From assembly GCA_963805975.1 (NCBI GenBank), contig CAWDVR010000006.1, positions 128,001-192,000 on the forward strand: DNA of 64,000 bases. The letters run 5' to 3'. The stretch's first letter is position 1; each line of letters begins with the position of its first letter. This stretch comes from an uncultured Acidobacteriota bacterium. Its GTDB lineage: Bacteria > Acidobacteriota > Thermoanaerobaculia > Multivoradales > SZUA-115. Below the pieces are notes generated by a model. That model saw nothing but the letters and a program-made list of their open reading frames with translations, searched no databases and was not told the DNA's origin. Shown here in pieces: positions 1 through 8,859 of this stretch. The position numbers and the translations under genes are program-made.

Positions 1-1
1 G

Positions 2-2215
2 GTCCTCGCTCTCGTCAGCTCGGCCTACCTGATCGCGGTGTGGCTGATGGCGGATTCAGCGATCGGCAGCGCACCGGAGAACCTGCTGGGCCAGCCTGAG
101 TTCGCAACCTACTGGCGCCAGCTCTTCGACTTCGGCGACGGCTCGGCACGGCCGTTTTTCCTGGCGATCTTCGTGGGCTTGGTCGCGCTGCCGACCGCCA
201 TGGCGCTCTGCTCGCTGATCTGGTTCCTGCCGGAGCGCTGGTTCCGCCGCTCCGGCGACACGGTGGAGGAGAACCGTGAGTACCACTCGCTCTGGGCTCT
301 CTTCACCATCACGCTCCTCGCCGCCATCGCCGTCACCAACTTCGTGATCGAGCGCGAAGGGTACCAGTTGGCCAACATCACTCTGCCGATGGGCGTCTAC
401 GTCGGCGGCTGGCTCGCCAGCCTGATCCTGCACGCGGTGGTCGCCGTCTCGCCTTCGTTCGGCCGCAACCAGCGTTCCCGGTTCGCCGCCTGGAAGGGGA
501 TCTTCAACTACCTGACGGCGATCTCGGTGCTGGTCATCCTGGTGCCCTTCGTTCTCGCCTGGATCAACAAGGACGCCAGCCGGAGCTCGGTGTTCGCCAA
601 CTGGCCGGCGAAGGAGAGCCTGGCGTGGCTGGCCTCTCTCTTCGGCAGCGGCTGGCTCGCCAAGGGCGCGCTCGGTCAGGCGGCGTCCGGCGCCGCGGGC
701 GGAGGTGGCCGGCTGGCGGCGATCAAGAAGCTGCCGGGAACGCTGCGCAACCTTCTCCTGGGCTTCCTCGTCACCGTGCTGGTGGTGGTGGGCCTGGTGC
801 TCGTGACCGCCTTTCTGCTGCGTTGGGAGCTGGTGGCCGGTCTCGATCCCGATCCTCTGAGCTTCCGGCTCGGCGTGCTGGGCGCTGCGCTGCTCGCCTT
901 TCTCCTGCTGGGGTGGGCGATCGATTTCAACAAGCTGTCGCTCCATTTCTTCTATCGTGACCGGTTGGTCGAGGCTTACCTCCAGACCGAGGGACAGGTG
1001 CCGCCAGACGCCCCCGCGGCAGAGGTACCGGGCAGCCTCGATCTGTTGCGCGACAACGGCGAGATGCGCCTCGTGCAGCTGCACGGCGTGCGCGAGGAGC
1101 CGCAGCCCGCGACGCGCGGACCTGCTGCAGCGCGTACCGCGCCCGCAGCCGGCTCGACGGCCCTGCCGAGAGATCTCAACCTCGTGGAGCGGGCGCTCCA
1201 GGCTCTGCCCTTCGGACCCGCGGCCCGCACGCCGGGCGAGCTGGCTCCGGTCGAGGCGGTCACCGGCGCGCCGCTCCACCTGATCGTCACCTGTTTGAAC
1301 CTCACCCGCTCGCGCGACATGACGCGCCGCAGCCGGAAGTCCGACACGTTCGTGTTCTCGAAGCTCTTCTGCGGCTCGGACACCACCGGCTACATGGACA
1401 CCCGGCTCTACCGGAGCGGCGAGACCAAGCTCGCTCGCGCCATGGCCGCCTCCGGCGCGGCGGCCAACACGGCGATGGGCTTCCATACCTTCTTCGCCCA
1501 GGCCATGGCCATGACCCTGTTCAACGTGCGGCTCGGCCAGTGGTTCGAGAACCCGCGCTTCAGGAACGGCGCCCGGGCGCACCGGCGTGAGGGCTGGGTG
1601 TTCTGGCCCGGCTACCTGTGGCAGGAGGTGCGCGGGGCGAGCGATGCGAGCCACCGGCTGGTCCACCTCTCGGACGGCGCGCACACCGGCGACAATCTCG
1701 GGCTCTATCCGCTGCTCCAGCGCCGCTGCCGCCTGATCGTCTCCTGCGACGCGGAGGCCGACCCGGATCTCTGCTTCGGCTCTTTCACCGAGGTGGTGCG
1801 GCAGGTGGAGATCGATCTCGGCATCAGGATCGACATCGAGCTGGGAGCGATCCGCCCGGACAAGGCGACCGGGTTCTCCACGCGGCCTTTCGCCCTCGGC
1901 AGGATCACCTATCCGGAGGACAAGGAGCGCGGTATCAAGCAGGAGGGGGGGTGGTTGCTGCTCATCAAGGCCTCGCTCTGCGGCTGCGAGAGCGAGACTC
2001 TGCGCACCTACAAGAGCCGCCATCCGGCCTTCCCGCACGAGACCACGCTCGACCAGTTCTTCGACGACGCGCAGTTCGAGGCCTACCGCGAGCTGGGCGA
2101 GAGCATGATGGAGCGCGCCCTGGGCAAGGAGCTCTGGGAGCTGCTGCGCGCCAAGCCCGAGTGGTTCCGGAAGTGGCGAAAGGATCTGGGCGAGGTGCTG
2201 CCCACATCTTCCTAA
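2..2215 (+). CDS. Multi-pass membrane protein with C-terminal patatin/cPLA2-like phospholipase domain (5' end outside window)
   Basis: The frame is open from base 2. It has many TM helices followed by 'SLHFFYRDRL', 'AMAASGAA', 'HLSDGAHTGDNLG' and 'FPHETTLDQFFDDAQFEAYRELG', typical of bacterial patatin/cPLA2-like membrane proteins. The nucleophile GxSxG would lie upstream of the window. Confidence 0.7.
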   Translation, partial: VLALVSSAYLIAVWLMADSAIGSAPENLLGQPEFATYWRQLFDFGDGSARPFFLAIFVGLVALPTAMALCSLIWFLPERWFRRSGDTVEENREYHSLWALFTITLLAAIAVTNFVIEREGYQLANITLPMGVYVGGWLASLILHAVVAVSPSFGRNQRSRFAAWKGIFNYLTAISVLVILVPFVLAWINKDASRSSVFANWPAKESLAWLASLFGSGWLAKGALGQAASGAAGGGGRLAAIKKLPGTLRNLLLGFLVTVLVVVGLVLVTAFLLRWELVAGLDPDPLSFRLGVLGAALLAFLLLGWAIDFNKLSLHFFYRDRLVEAYLQTEGQVPPDAPAAEVPGSLDLLRDNGEMRLVQLHGVREEPQPATRGPAAARTAPAAGSTALPRDLNLVERALQALPFGPAARTPGELAPVEAVTGAPLHLIVTCLNLTRSRDMTRRSRKSDTFVFSKLFCGSDTTGYMDTRLYRSGETKLARAMAASGAAANTAMGFHTFFAQAMAMTLFNVRLGQWFENPRFRNGARAHRREGWVFWPGYLWQEVRGASDASHRLVHLSDGAHTGDNLGLYPLLQRRCRLIVSCDAEADPDLCFGSFTEVVRQVEIDLGIRIDIELGAIRPDKATGFSTRPFALGRITYPEDKERGIKQEGGWLLLIKASLCGCESETLRTYKSRHPAFPHETTLDQFFDDAQFEAYRELGESMMERALGKELWELLRAKPEWFRKWRKDLGEVLPTSS

Positions 2216-2251
2216 GATAGGATCGCGTACACGAAGACGAGATCCGAGCCG

Positions 2252-3904
2252 GTGACCGAACTTTCCTCGAACGATCCCTGGATCGGAAGAACCTTCGGGC
2301 GCTATCAGTTCGAGAGCGAGATCGGCCGTGGCGGCATGGGCGTGGTGTACCGCGCCCGCCAGCTCTCGCTCAACCGGCCGGTGGCGATCAAGGTATTGCC
2401 GACGCGGTTCGCGCTGGACGAGCAGTTCCGGCAGCGCTTCCAGCAGGAGGCGCAGGTCATCGCCACCCTGGTCCACGAGAACATCGTCCACGTCTACGAC
2501 ATCGAGCCGGCCGAGGGTACCTACTTCATCGTCATGGAGCTGATCGACGGCTCCAGCCTGCGGGAGCTGCGCGCGAGCCGCCGCTTCGGGGTGGAAGAGG
2601 TGCGTTCGATCGGCATCGCCGTGGCACGTGCCCTGCGCTGCGCGCATGCCCAGGGCATCGTGCACCGCGATGTCAAGAGTCACAACGTGATGGTGACGCG
2701 CGACGCCAAGGTCAAGCTGATGGACTTCGGCATCGCGCGCGTCGACGGCACGGGCATCAAGACCCAGACCGGATCGGTGCTCGGCACGCCGGAGTACATG
2801 GCGCCCGAGCAGGCGCGGACCGGCGAGACCTCGCCGCGCACCGACCTCTACTCGCTGGGGGTGCTGCTCTACGAGCTGGCGACCGGCCGCCTGCCGTTCA
2901 CCGGCAACGACCCGTTCTCGGTGGCCTTCAAGCACGTCTCCGAGGACCCGGCGCCGCCGCGGAGCGTGGAGCCCGGTTTGCCCGAGTGGCTGGAGCGGGT
3001 GATCCTGAAGGCGATGGCCAAGGCGCCCGAGGAGCGCTACCAGAGCGCGGCCGAGCTGGAGCGCGACCTGGCTTCCCAGGCCACGGGCCCGCAGGCCGGC
3101 GGCGTGCTGCCCGCGCTGGCGGGCGGCTTTCCGGCCGGTCATGGCGCGAGAACCACGCCGATGCTCGATCCCGGCACCGGGCCCACGCACGGCCTTCACG
3201 GACCGGCCGGCGGCACGGTGACCGGCCAGACCTACGTGCCGGTGGCGATGCCGCGGAGCTGGGGGCCCTGGGCCCTCGCCGCAGCGGTACTGGTGGCGGT
3301 CGCGGCTTTGTGGATTCTTCTCGGGAGACGGGAGTCACCGCCAGGCAACCCTTCACCCGCGGCCGCCCCACCGGCCGGCTCCACCTCGGCCGAGACGGCT
3401 GCTGCCAGCCTCGCGGGTTCGGGGCTCAACGATCCCGTGACCGCGCCGCCCACGCGGGCTCCGATCGCCGGCGTGCCGCCGGCGGCCGTGCCACCCGCGC
3501 CGCCGCGCCCGAGGCCGGATCCCGCGCCCGCTGGGCCCGCGCCGGCCGAGGCCCTGCCGCGCCCGGCCGAGCTCGAGCCCTCGCCGCCGGCCCCGGTGCC
3601 CGTTGCGGTGGCGCCCGCCTACTCGCCGCCGGCCGCGATCTCGGAGGTTCTCTCCTGCCGCGAAGGCGTGGAGTTCCATACCGATCCGGAAGAGGCGACC
3701 GTGTCGATCGACGGCCGGCGGATCGGGGTCGCGGACGACTGGGACGGCATGGGCGGCGGCAAAGCCTGGCGCTCCTCACCCGGCACCTACGTCGCCTGCA
3801 TGAGCGGGCCTGCGTTGCAGACGGTCTGTGTCGAGATCCACCTCGACCCCGGCGCCAGGAAGAAGATCTGCGACGTGGACACGGACCTGGAGGACGTGGA
3901 GTAG
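2252..3904 (+). CDS. Hanks-type Ser/Thr protein kinase with TM helix, Pro-rich linker and C-terminal PEGA-like domain
   Basis: Kinase motifs GRGGMGVVY, VAIK, HRDVKSHN, DFG and GTPEYMAPE. TM segment WALAAAVLVAVAALWILL. C-terminal 'FHTDPEEATVSIDG'. Confidence 0.92.
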   Translation: MTELSSNDPWIGRTFGRYQFESEIGRGGMGVVYRARQLSLNRPVAIKVLPTRFALDEQFRQRFQQEAQVIATLVHENIVHVYDIEPAEGTYFIVMELIDGSSLRELRASRRFGVEEVRSIGIAVARALRCAHAQGIVHRDVKSHNVMVTRDAKVKLMDFGIARVDGTGIKTQTGSVLGTPEYMAPEQARTGETSPRTDLYSLGVLLYELATGRLPFTGNDPFSVAFKHVSEDPAPPRSVEPGLPEWLERVILKAMAKAPEERYQSAAELERDLASQATGPQAGGVLPALAGGFPAGHGARTTPMLDPGTGPTHGLHGPAGGTVTGQTYVPVAMPRSWGPWALAAAVLVAVAALWILLGRRESPPGNPSPAAAPPAGSTSAETAAASLAGSGLNDPVTAPPTRAPIAGVPPAAVPPAPPRPRPDPAPAGPAPAEALPRPAELEPSPPAPVPVAVAPAYSPPAAISEVLSCREGVEFHTDPEEATVSIDGRRIGVADDWDGMGGGKAWRSSPGTYVACMSGPALQTVCVEIHLDPGARKKICDVDTDLEDVE

Positions 3905-3964
3905 AGGCCACGTGCCTTCTCGGGTAGAGGGCGACCACGAGGGCCGCCCTCGGACTGATCCCTG

Positions 3965-4000
3965 TGCTACAGTCCGGTTTTCGATTGAGACTCAGTCTCA
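3965..4000 (+). promoter_or_regulatory. feoAB promoter: extended -10 plus perfect 7-1-7 inverted repeat (Fur-type box)
   Basis: TGcTACAGT at 3965-3973. TGAGACT-C-AGTCTCA at 3986-4000, 19 nt before the feoA ATG. Confidence 0.7.
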
Positions 4001-4019
4001 CAACGGCTCTCTCGAATCT

Positions 4020-4271
4020 ATGACAGCGCCAGACGCGCTCGCCCCCGTCTTGCTGACCCGCCTCTCCGTGGGCCATCGGGCGCGGCTCCACGAGACCGAC
4101 CTGCCGCACCAGGACAGCGAGCTGCTCTCCGCGCTCGGTCTCGCCACCGGCAGCCGCTTCCGTGTATGCCGCGCCGGCGATCCCTGGATCGTCGAGGTCA
4201 GGGCCACCCGCATCGGTCTGGCCGACGCCGTGGCGAGGCAGATCCTGGTCCTGCCCGAGCCCGCGGTATGA
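4020..4271 (+). CDS. feoA: Ferrous iron transport protein A
   Basis: SH3-like FeoA pattern 'LSALGLATGSRFRV...GDPWIVEVRATRIGL'. Its stop overlaps the feoB ATG (ATGA). Confidence 0.85.
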   Translation: MTAPDALAPVLLTRLSVGHRARLHETDLPHQDSELLSALGLATGSRFRVCRAGDPWIVEVRATRIGLADAVARQILVLPEPAV

Positions 4272-6325
4272 CCTTGCCGCGGCTCGAAGCCGCGCCGCGA
4301 GCTCCCGCCGCGCCGCCCGCGGCGCCGCGAATTGCCCTGCTCGGCAACCCCAACACCGGCAAGACCACCCTCTTCAACCGGCTCTGCGGTATGCGGGCCA
4401 AGACCGCGAACTTCCCCGGCACCACCACCGACGCCCGCATCGGCCGCACCAGCCTGGGAGACGGCGCCCAGGGAAACGGAGGCCCGGACGCCGGCGGCCA
4501 TGCCGAGGTGGTGGACCTTCCCGGCCTCTACCGCCTGGGCCTCGACATGCCGGAGGCCCGGCTCTGCCGCGCGGTGCTCGCCGGCGAGGGTCTCTACCGC
4601 CGGCCCGATGCCGTGGCCGTGGTAGTCGATGCCACCAACCTGACCCGCAACCTCTTCCTGGTGGCCGAGCTGCTGGCGACCGGCCTGCCGACAGTGGTCG
4701 CCCTGAACATGGTCGACCTGGCGCAGCGACGGGGGCTGTCGATCGACCCCGAGCGGCTGGCCGAGCACCTGGGCTGCCCAGTGGTGCCGGTGATGGCGCG
4801 CCGCGGCCAGGGCGTGTCTGACCTACAGCGGGCCCTCGCCAGGGCGGTGGAGGAGGGGCCCGCCTTCCGGCCGTCCTGGCGCCGCTCGCCGCTGCCGGAC
4901 ACCTCGAGCTTCGCCGATCTCGAGGTCTGGGCCGACCGGGTGGTCGCGGGGAGCCTCGGCGGCGAGAGCGCGGTGGGCTCGTCGGCCGACACTCTGACCG
5001 AGCGGCTGGACCAGGCGTTCACCCATCCGGTGATCGGCGTCGCGGTCTTCGCGCTGGTGATGGGCTTCCTGTTCTGGACGCTCTTCGCCCTCGCCACCGT
5101 GCCCATGGACCTGATCGAGGCCACTTTCACCCACCTGGGCGGCTGGGTGCAGTCGGTGGTGCCCGAGGGCGCGCTCGGGGATCTGATCGCCAACGGGGTG
5201 CTGGGCGGTATCGCCGGCACCGTGGTCTTCCTGCCGCAGATCTGCCTGCTTTTCTTCCTCATCAGCCTGCTCGAGGACACCGGCTATCTGGCCCGCGCCG
5301 CCTTCGTGATGGACCGCATCCTCTGCCGCTTCGGCCTGCCCGGCCATGCCTTCGTGCCGCTGCTGTCGAGCCATGCCTGTGCGCTGCCGGGGATCATGTC
5401 GGCGCGCCTGATCCCCGACCGCAAGGACCGCCTGGCCACCATCCTGGTGGCGCCGTTCATGAGCTGCTCGGCGCGGCTGCCGGTGTACGTGCTCCTGACC
5501 GGCCTGCTGTTCGCCGACTCGCCGGCCAAGGCCGGGCTGCTCTTCGCCGGCTGCTACCTGTTGGGCGCGGTGGCGGCGCTCGGCACCGCTTTCCTGGCGC
5601 GCCGCACGCTCCTGCCCGGCCGCTCGCGCTCGATGGTCCTCGAGCTGCCGTCGTACAAGCTGCCCTCGCTGCGCACCGCCGCCTTCGTGGCCATCGACCA
5701 GGCAGGAAACTTCCTGCGCAAGGCGGGTACGGTGATCCTCGGCATCTGCATCGTGATGTGGTGGTTGTCGGCCTATCCCCATTCCACGCCGCCTCCCGAG
5801 GCGCAGGTGCTGCGGCAGCAGGCGGCGGCGCTCGCCGCCTCGGCGCCGGAGGATGCCGCCGTGCTCGAAGCGCGGGCGGGCTCTCTCGAGCGCCGTGCGG
5901 CGCAGAGCGGAAGCTTCGCCGGCCGCATGGGCCGCGCCGCCGAGCCGCTGTTCCGGCCCCTGGGCTACGACTGGCAGTTGACGGTCGGCGTGCTCACCAG
6001 CTTCGTGGCGCGGGAGGTCTTCGTGTCGACGATGTCGGTGCTGCTGGTGGGGGACGACGATCTCGACGTCGCGGAGCGCGGGGTGCGCGAGCGCATCGGT
6101 GCCGCCGAGCGCGACGACGGCACGCCGGTGTTCACGCCGGCGACGGCGGCGAGCCTCTTGATCTTCTACGTGCTCGCCATGCAGTGCCTGCCGACTCTGG
6201 CGCTCACCCGGCGGGAGACGGGCAGCATGAAGTGGGCGGCGCTCCAGCTCGGCTACATGTCGGCAGTGGCCTACGCGGGGGCGCTCGTCACCTACCAGGG
6301 ATTGCATTTCCTGGGGGTGTCGTGA
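4268..6325 (+). CDS. feoB: Ferrous iron transport protein B
   Basis: G-domain motifs GNPNTGKT, NFPGTT, DLPG and NMVD. Membrane part with 'LEDTGYLARAAF', 'PFMSCSARLPVY' and 'MQCLPTL'. Confidence 0.96.
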   Translation: MTLPRLEAAPRAPAAPPAAPRIALLGNPNTGKTTLFNRLCGMRAKTANFPGTTTDARIGRTSLGDGAQGNGGPDAGGHAEVVDLPGLYRLGLDMPEARLCRAVLAGEGLYRRPDAVAVVVDATNLTRNLFLVAELLATGLPTVVALNMVDLAQRRGLSIDPERLAEHLGCPVVPVMARRGQGVSDLQRALARAVEEGPAFRPSWRRSPLPDTSSFADLEVWADRVVAGSLGGESAVGSSADTLTERLDQAFTHPVIGVAVFALVMGFLFWTLFALATVPMDLIEATFTHLGGWVQSVVPEGALGDLIANGVLGGIAGTVVFLPQICLLFFLISLLEDTGYLARAAFVMDRILCRFGLPGHAFVPLLSSHACALPGIMSARLIPDRKDRLATILVAPFMSCSARLPVYVLLTGLLFADSPAKAGLLFAGCYLLGAVAALGTAFLARRTLLPGRSRSMVLELPSYKLPSLRTAAFVAIDQAGNFLRKAGTVILGICIVMWWLSAYPHSTPPPEAQVLRQQAAALAASAPEDAAVLEARAGSLERRAAQSGSFAGRMGRAAEPLFRPLGYDWQLTVGVLTSFVAREVFVSTMSVLLVGDDDLDVAERGVRERIGAAERDDGTPVFTPATAASLLIFYVLAMQCLPTLALTRRETGSMKWAALQLGYMSAVAYAGALVTYQGLHFLGVS

Positions 6326-6558
6326 CGACGGCCGCCACGGTCCTCGGCCTGCCGCTTTCCGACTGGCAGTTCTATGCCGTGACGGTGCTGGCGGCGGCCG
6401 GCGGCTGGCTCGCCGTGCGGCCCTTCTTCGCCCGCCGCGGCCGGCCGGGGACGAGGGGCTGCTCGAGCTGCACCTTCGGGACAGGGACCTCGGCCGGCGC
6501 CGCGCCCAAGTCGGAAGCGCCCTCGAACCTGGTGTCGATCGGCCGCCGGCCGCGCTAG
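6322..6558 (+). CDS. FeoB-associated Cys-rich small membrane protein
   Basis: GTGA overlap with the feoB stop. One TM helix followed by 'GCSSC'. Confidence 0.65.
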   Translation: MTTAATVLGLPLSDWQFYAVTVLAAAGGWLAVRPFFARRGRPGTRGCSSCTFGTGTSAGAAPKSEAPSNLVSIGRRPR

Positions 6559-7052
6559 GCGATCCGCGCCGGCATCGCGCGGCGCTTTTCCGCACAGGCG
6601 TTGCACAGCCCGAGGATCTGGAGCTGGTGGTGGTCCGGCGAGAAGCCGTGGGCGCGGCAGATGCCGCTCTGCAACGCGGCGATGCCGGGGCTCACGAACT
6701 CCACCACCCGGCCGCAGCCGGCGCACACCAGGTGGTCGTGGCTCTGGCCGGCGTGCAGGTGCTCGTAGAGGTAGCGGTCCTGGCCCAGCCGCTGCTTGCG
6801 CACCAGGCCGCAGGCCACCAGCACCTCGAGGTTCCGGTAGACCGTGGCGCGCGAGATCTTGTGCCCCCGCCCCTTGAGGGCCGCCAGCAGCTCCTCGGCG
6901 TCGATGTGGCGGTGCTGGCGGTAGATCTCCTCGAAGACCGCCAGGCGCTCGGAGGTCAGGCGCAGGCCGCGGTCGCGCAGGAAGGCGAGGAACTGGGCGT
7001 GCTCCTCGGGGCTGGCGAGCGAGCGCGGCGAGGCGGAGGGCTGAGCAGGCAT
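6555..7052 (-). CDS. fur: Fur family transcriptional regulator
   Basis: 'GLRLTSERLAV', 'HIDAEEL', 'SRATVYRNL', 'HDHLVCAGCG' and C-terminal CNAC. TAGAAT lies 7 nt upstream of the ATG (leaderless-type). Confidence 0.9.
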   Translation of the reverse strand: MPAQPSASPRSLASPEEHAQFLAFLRDRGLRLTSERLAVFEEIYRQHRHIDAEELLAALKGRGHKISRATVYRNLEVLVACGLVRKQRLGQDRYLYEHLHAGQSHDHLVCAGCGRVVEFVSPGIAALQSGICRAHGFSPDHHQLQILGLCNACAEKRRAMPARIA

Positions 7053-7105
7053 CGCGAGTATTCTACGCGCCGCTGCAGAGGGGCGCACGCCGTGCGCCCC
7101 TCTGG

Positions 7106-8086
7106 CTACGCGCCCGGCTCCGCTCCGAAGTTCTCCCGGTAGCGCGCGGAGAACTCTGCCTTGTCGTACCTGTGGTTCGAGGTGCCGTAGCGCTCGATGC
7201 AGTAGACGGCCGCCACCGCGCCCATGCGACCGCAGACGCTCAGCTCGAAGCCCTCCACCAGCCCGGCCACGAAGCCGCCACGGAAGGCGTCGCCGGCGCC
7301 GGTGGGATCGACCACCTCGAGCACCCGGGCCGCGGGCACGGCCACCATACCGCCGTCGCGGAGCAGGATCTCGCTGCCCTGAGCGCCGTAGGTAACCACC
7401 AGGAAGTCGTGCTCGGCCTGAATCTCGGCCGCCGTCTTGCCGGTCTTCTCGCGCAGCACCGTGAACTCGTAGTCGTTGACCACCAGCGCCATGGCGCCGG
7501 CGGCGGCGCGGGAGAGGGTGTCGCCGTCCATCGCCGTGACCTGGAACGAGGGATCGAAGAGAAAGGGCAGGCCGGCGGCGCTCGCTTCGAGGCAGTGGCG
7601 CACCATGGCTTCGGGATCGTCGGGGGCGATCACCGCGAGCGCCGCCCCGGGGCCGGCCTCCCTGGTGAGCGAGAGCTCGCGCGCCCGCTTCATGGCGCCG
7701 ACGTAGAAGCCGGTGATCTGGCAGTGGGCCTTGTCGCTGGTGATGAAGCAGCACGCCGTCTTCTCTTCGGGGAAGACGGTGATGCCTTCGACGTCGACGC
7801 CCTGCGCGACCAGCCAGCTCCGGTAGTCGGCGAAATCCGCGCCGGCGGTGGCGACGATGCGCGGCCTGGCCCCGAGCAGCGCCAGGGTATAGGCGATGTT
7901 GGCGGCACAGCCGCCGCGCTGTTGATTCCATTGCTCGACGAGGAAAGAAATGTTGATCACGTGGGCCTTGTCGGCCAGGATGTGATCCTTGAAGAAGCCT
8001 GGGAAATCCATGATGTTGTCAAAGGCCAATGAGCCCGTGACCACCACCTGTCCGGAGCCCAGCCGGGCCCTGCTGCTCTCTGCCAA
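7106..8086 (-). CDS. PfkB family carbohydrate/nucleoside (adenosine-like) kinase
   Basis: 'GSLAFDNIM', 'GGCAANIAY', 'NDYE' and 'DPTGAGDAFRGG'. TTG start preceded by GAGGGG. Confidence 0.9.
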   Translation of the reverse strand: MAESSRARLGSGQVVVTGSLAFDNIMDFPGFFKDHILADKAHVINISFLVEQWNQQRGGCAANIAYTLALLGARPRIVATAGADFADYRSWLVAQGVDVEGITVFPEEKTACCFITSDKAHCQITGFYVGAMKRARELSLTREAGPGAALAVIAPDDPEAMVRHCLEASAAGLPFLFDPSFQVTAMDGDTLSRAAAGAMALVVNDYEFTVLREKTGKTAAEIQAEHDFLVVTYGAQGSEILLRDGGMVAVPAARVLEVVDPTGAGDAFRGGFVAGLVEGFELSVCGRMGAVAAVYCIERYGTSNHRYDKAEFSARYRENFGAEPGA

Positions 8087-8170
8087 GACGTTCCCCTCGT
8101 AAGAAGTTACAGAATGTTCGCGAGGTCCGCGACGGCCGGCGGAAAAACCGCGGCATTGTCTCACACCTGG

Positions 8171-8231
8171 AAAAAGCTGCGGCAAAACGCAGTTTTTTGA
8201 GCCATCTGCCTCTCTGGGTTCGTGCTATCCT
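8171..8231 (+). promoter_or_regulatory. Inverted repeat and extended -10 upstream of T6SS operon
   Basis: AAAAAGCTGCG-GCAAAA-CGCAGTTTTT at 8171-8197. TGcTATCCT at 8223-8231. Confidence 0.4.
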
Positions 8232-8348
8232 GAAGTCGCTGTCCCAACTGCATGGCCGCGCGGGTGTGTGCTCCAAGGTGGAGCCTCGGGCGTAGGAGTC
8301 CCTCCCGCGAGGAGCCTTTGACGTAGGAGCTTCGATGTCTTGTGCAGC

Positions 8349-8834
8349 ATGGTGCGAGCCCGGTCGCGTTCTCTCAGTGTCTCGCTGCTGCTGGCGATCG
8401 CCGCCGGCAGCGGCGGCTGTGGCCTGGTGTCGTTCACGCAAGGAATGTTCGGAGGCCGGCTGCCCTTGGAGGTGACGGTCGCCGCCGCGGCCAACCAGGG
8501 GAGCGCAGTCGCGGTCGAGGTGCTGGTGGTCTACGACAAGAAGGTGCTCGACAAGATCCTGGCGCTGCCGGCGCGCACCTGGTTCGAGACCGCGAGCCAG
8601 TACGAGCGCGATTTTCCCGCGAGCTTCGAGCGCTCGCGCTGGGAGTGGGTGCCCGGCCAGCAGGTGGCGCGCCAGGAGATCGAGTACCGGGCCGGGGCCA
8701 AGGCGGCGGTGATCTTCGCCGACTACCTGGCCCCCGGCGCCCACCGCCTGCGGCTCGATCCGCGGCAGCCCTCGCGGCTGCTCTTGGGAGAGACGGGTTT
8801 CACCATCGAGCCGCTGGCGGCCGAGGATCATTGA
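8349..8834 (+). CDS. tssJ: T6SS lipoprotein TssJ-like
   Basis: Signal peptide with Cys (GSGGC). 'ANQGSAVAVEV', 'WEWVPGQ' and 'IFADY'. First gene before tssK. Confidence 0.75.
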   Translation: MVRARSRSLSVSLLLAIAAGSGGCGLVSFTQGMFGGRLPLEVTVAAAANQGSAVAVEVLVVYDKKVLDKILALPARTWFETASQYERDFPASFERSRWEWVPGQQVARQEIEYRAGAKAAVIFADYLAPGAHRLRLDPRQPSRLLLGETGFTIEPLAAEDH

Positions 8835-8859
8835 AGCCGGGACGGCCGAGGACCAGAGC

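Noticed and set aside
56-3199. Very long antisense/alternate-frame ORFs (e.g. 56-3199 -, 21903-25022 +, 22045-25092 -, 34105-36507 -, 41944-44301 +, 58066-60420 +)
   Set aside because: Shadow ORFs expected at ~70% GC. They overlap well-supported genes and give Arg/Gly/Ala-rich translations with no motifs.
6555-7931. 458-aa ORF as an extended Fur; similarly 10590-15263, 28830-29894, 36856-38418 and 48186-49499 as printed
   Set aside because: The N-terminal extensions overlap the real upstream genes in another frame. True starts are downstream (7052, 11025, 29112, ~37929, 48740).
8171-8198. c-di-GMP-I riboswitch upstream of tssJ (contains GGCAAA)
   Set aside because: The GNRA tetraloop/receptor two-stem architecture is absent; only one hairpin is present.
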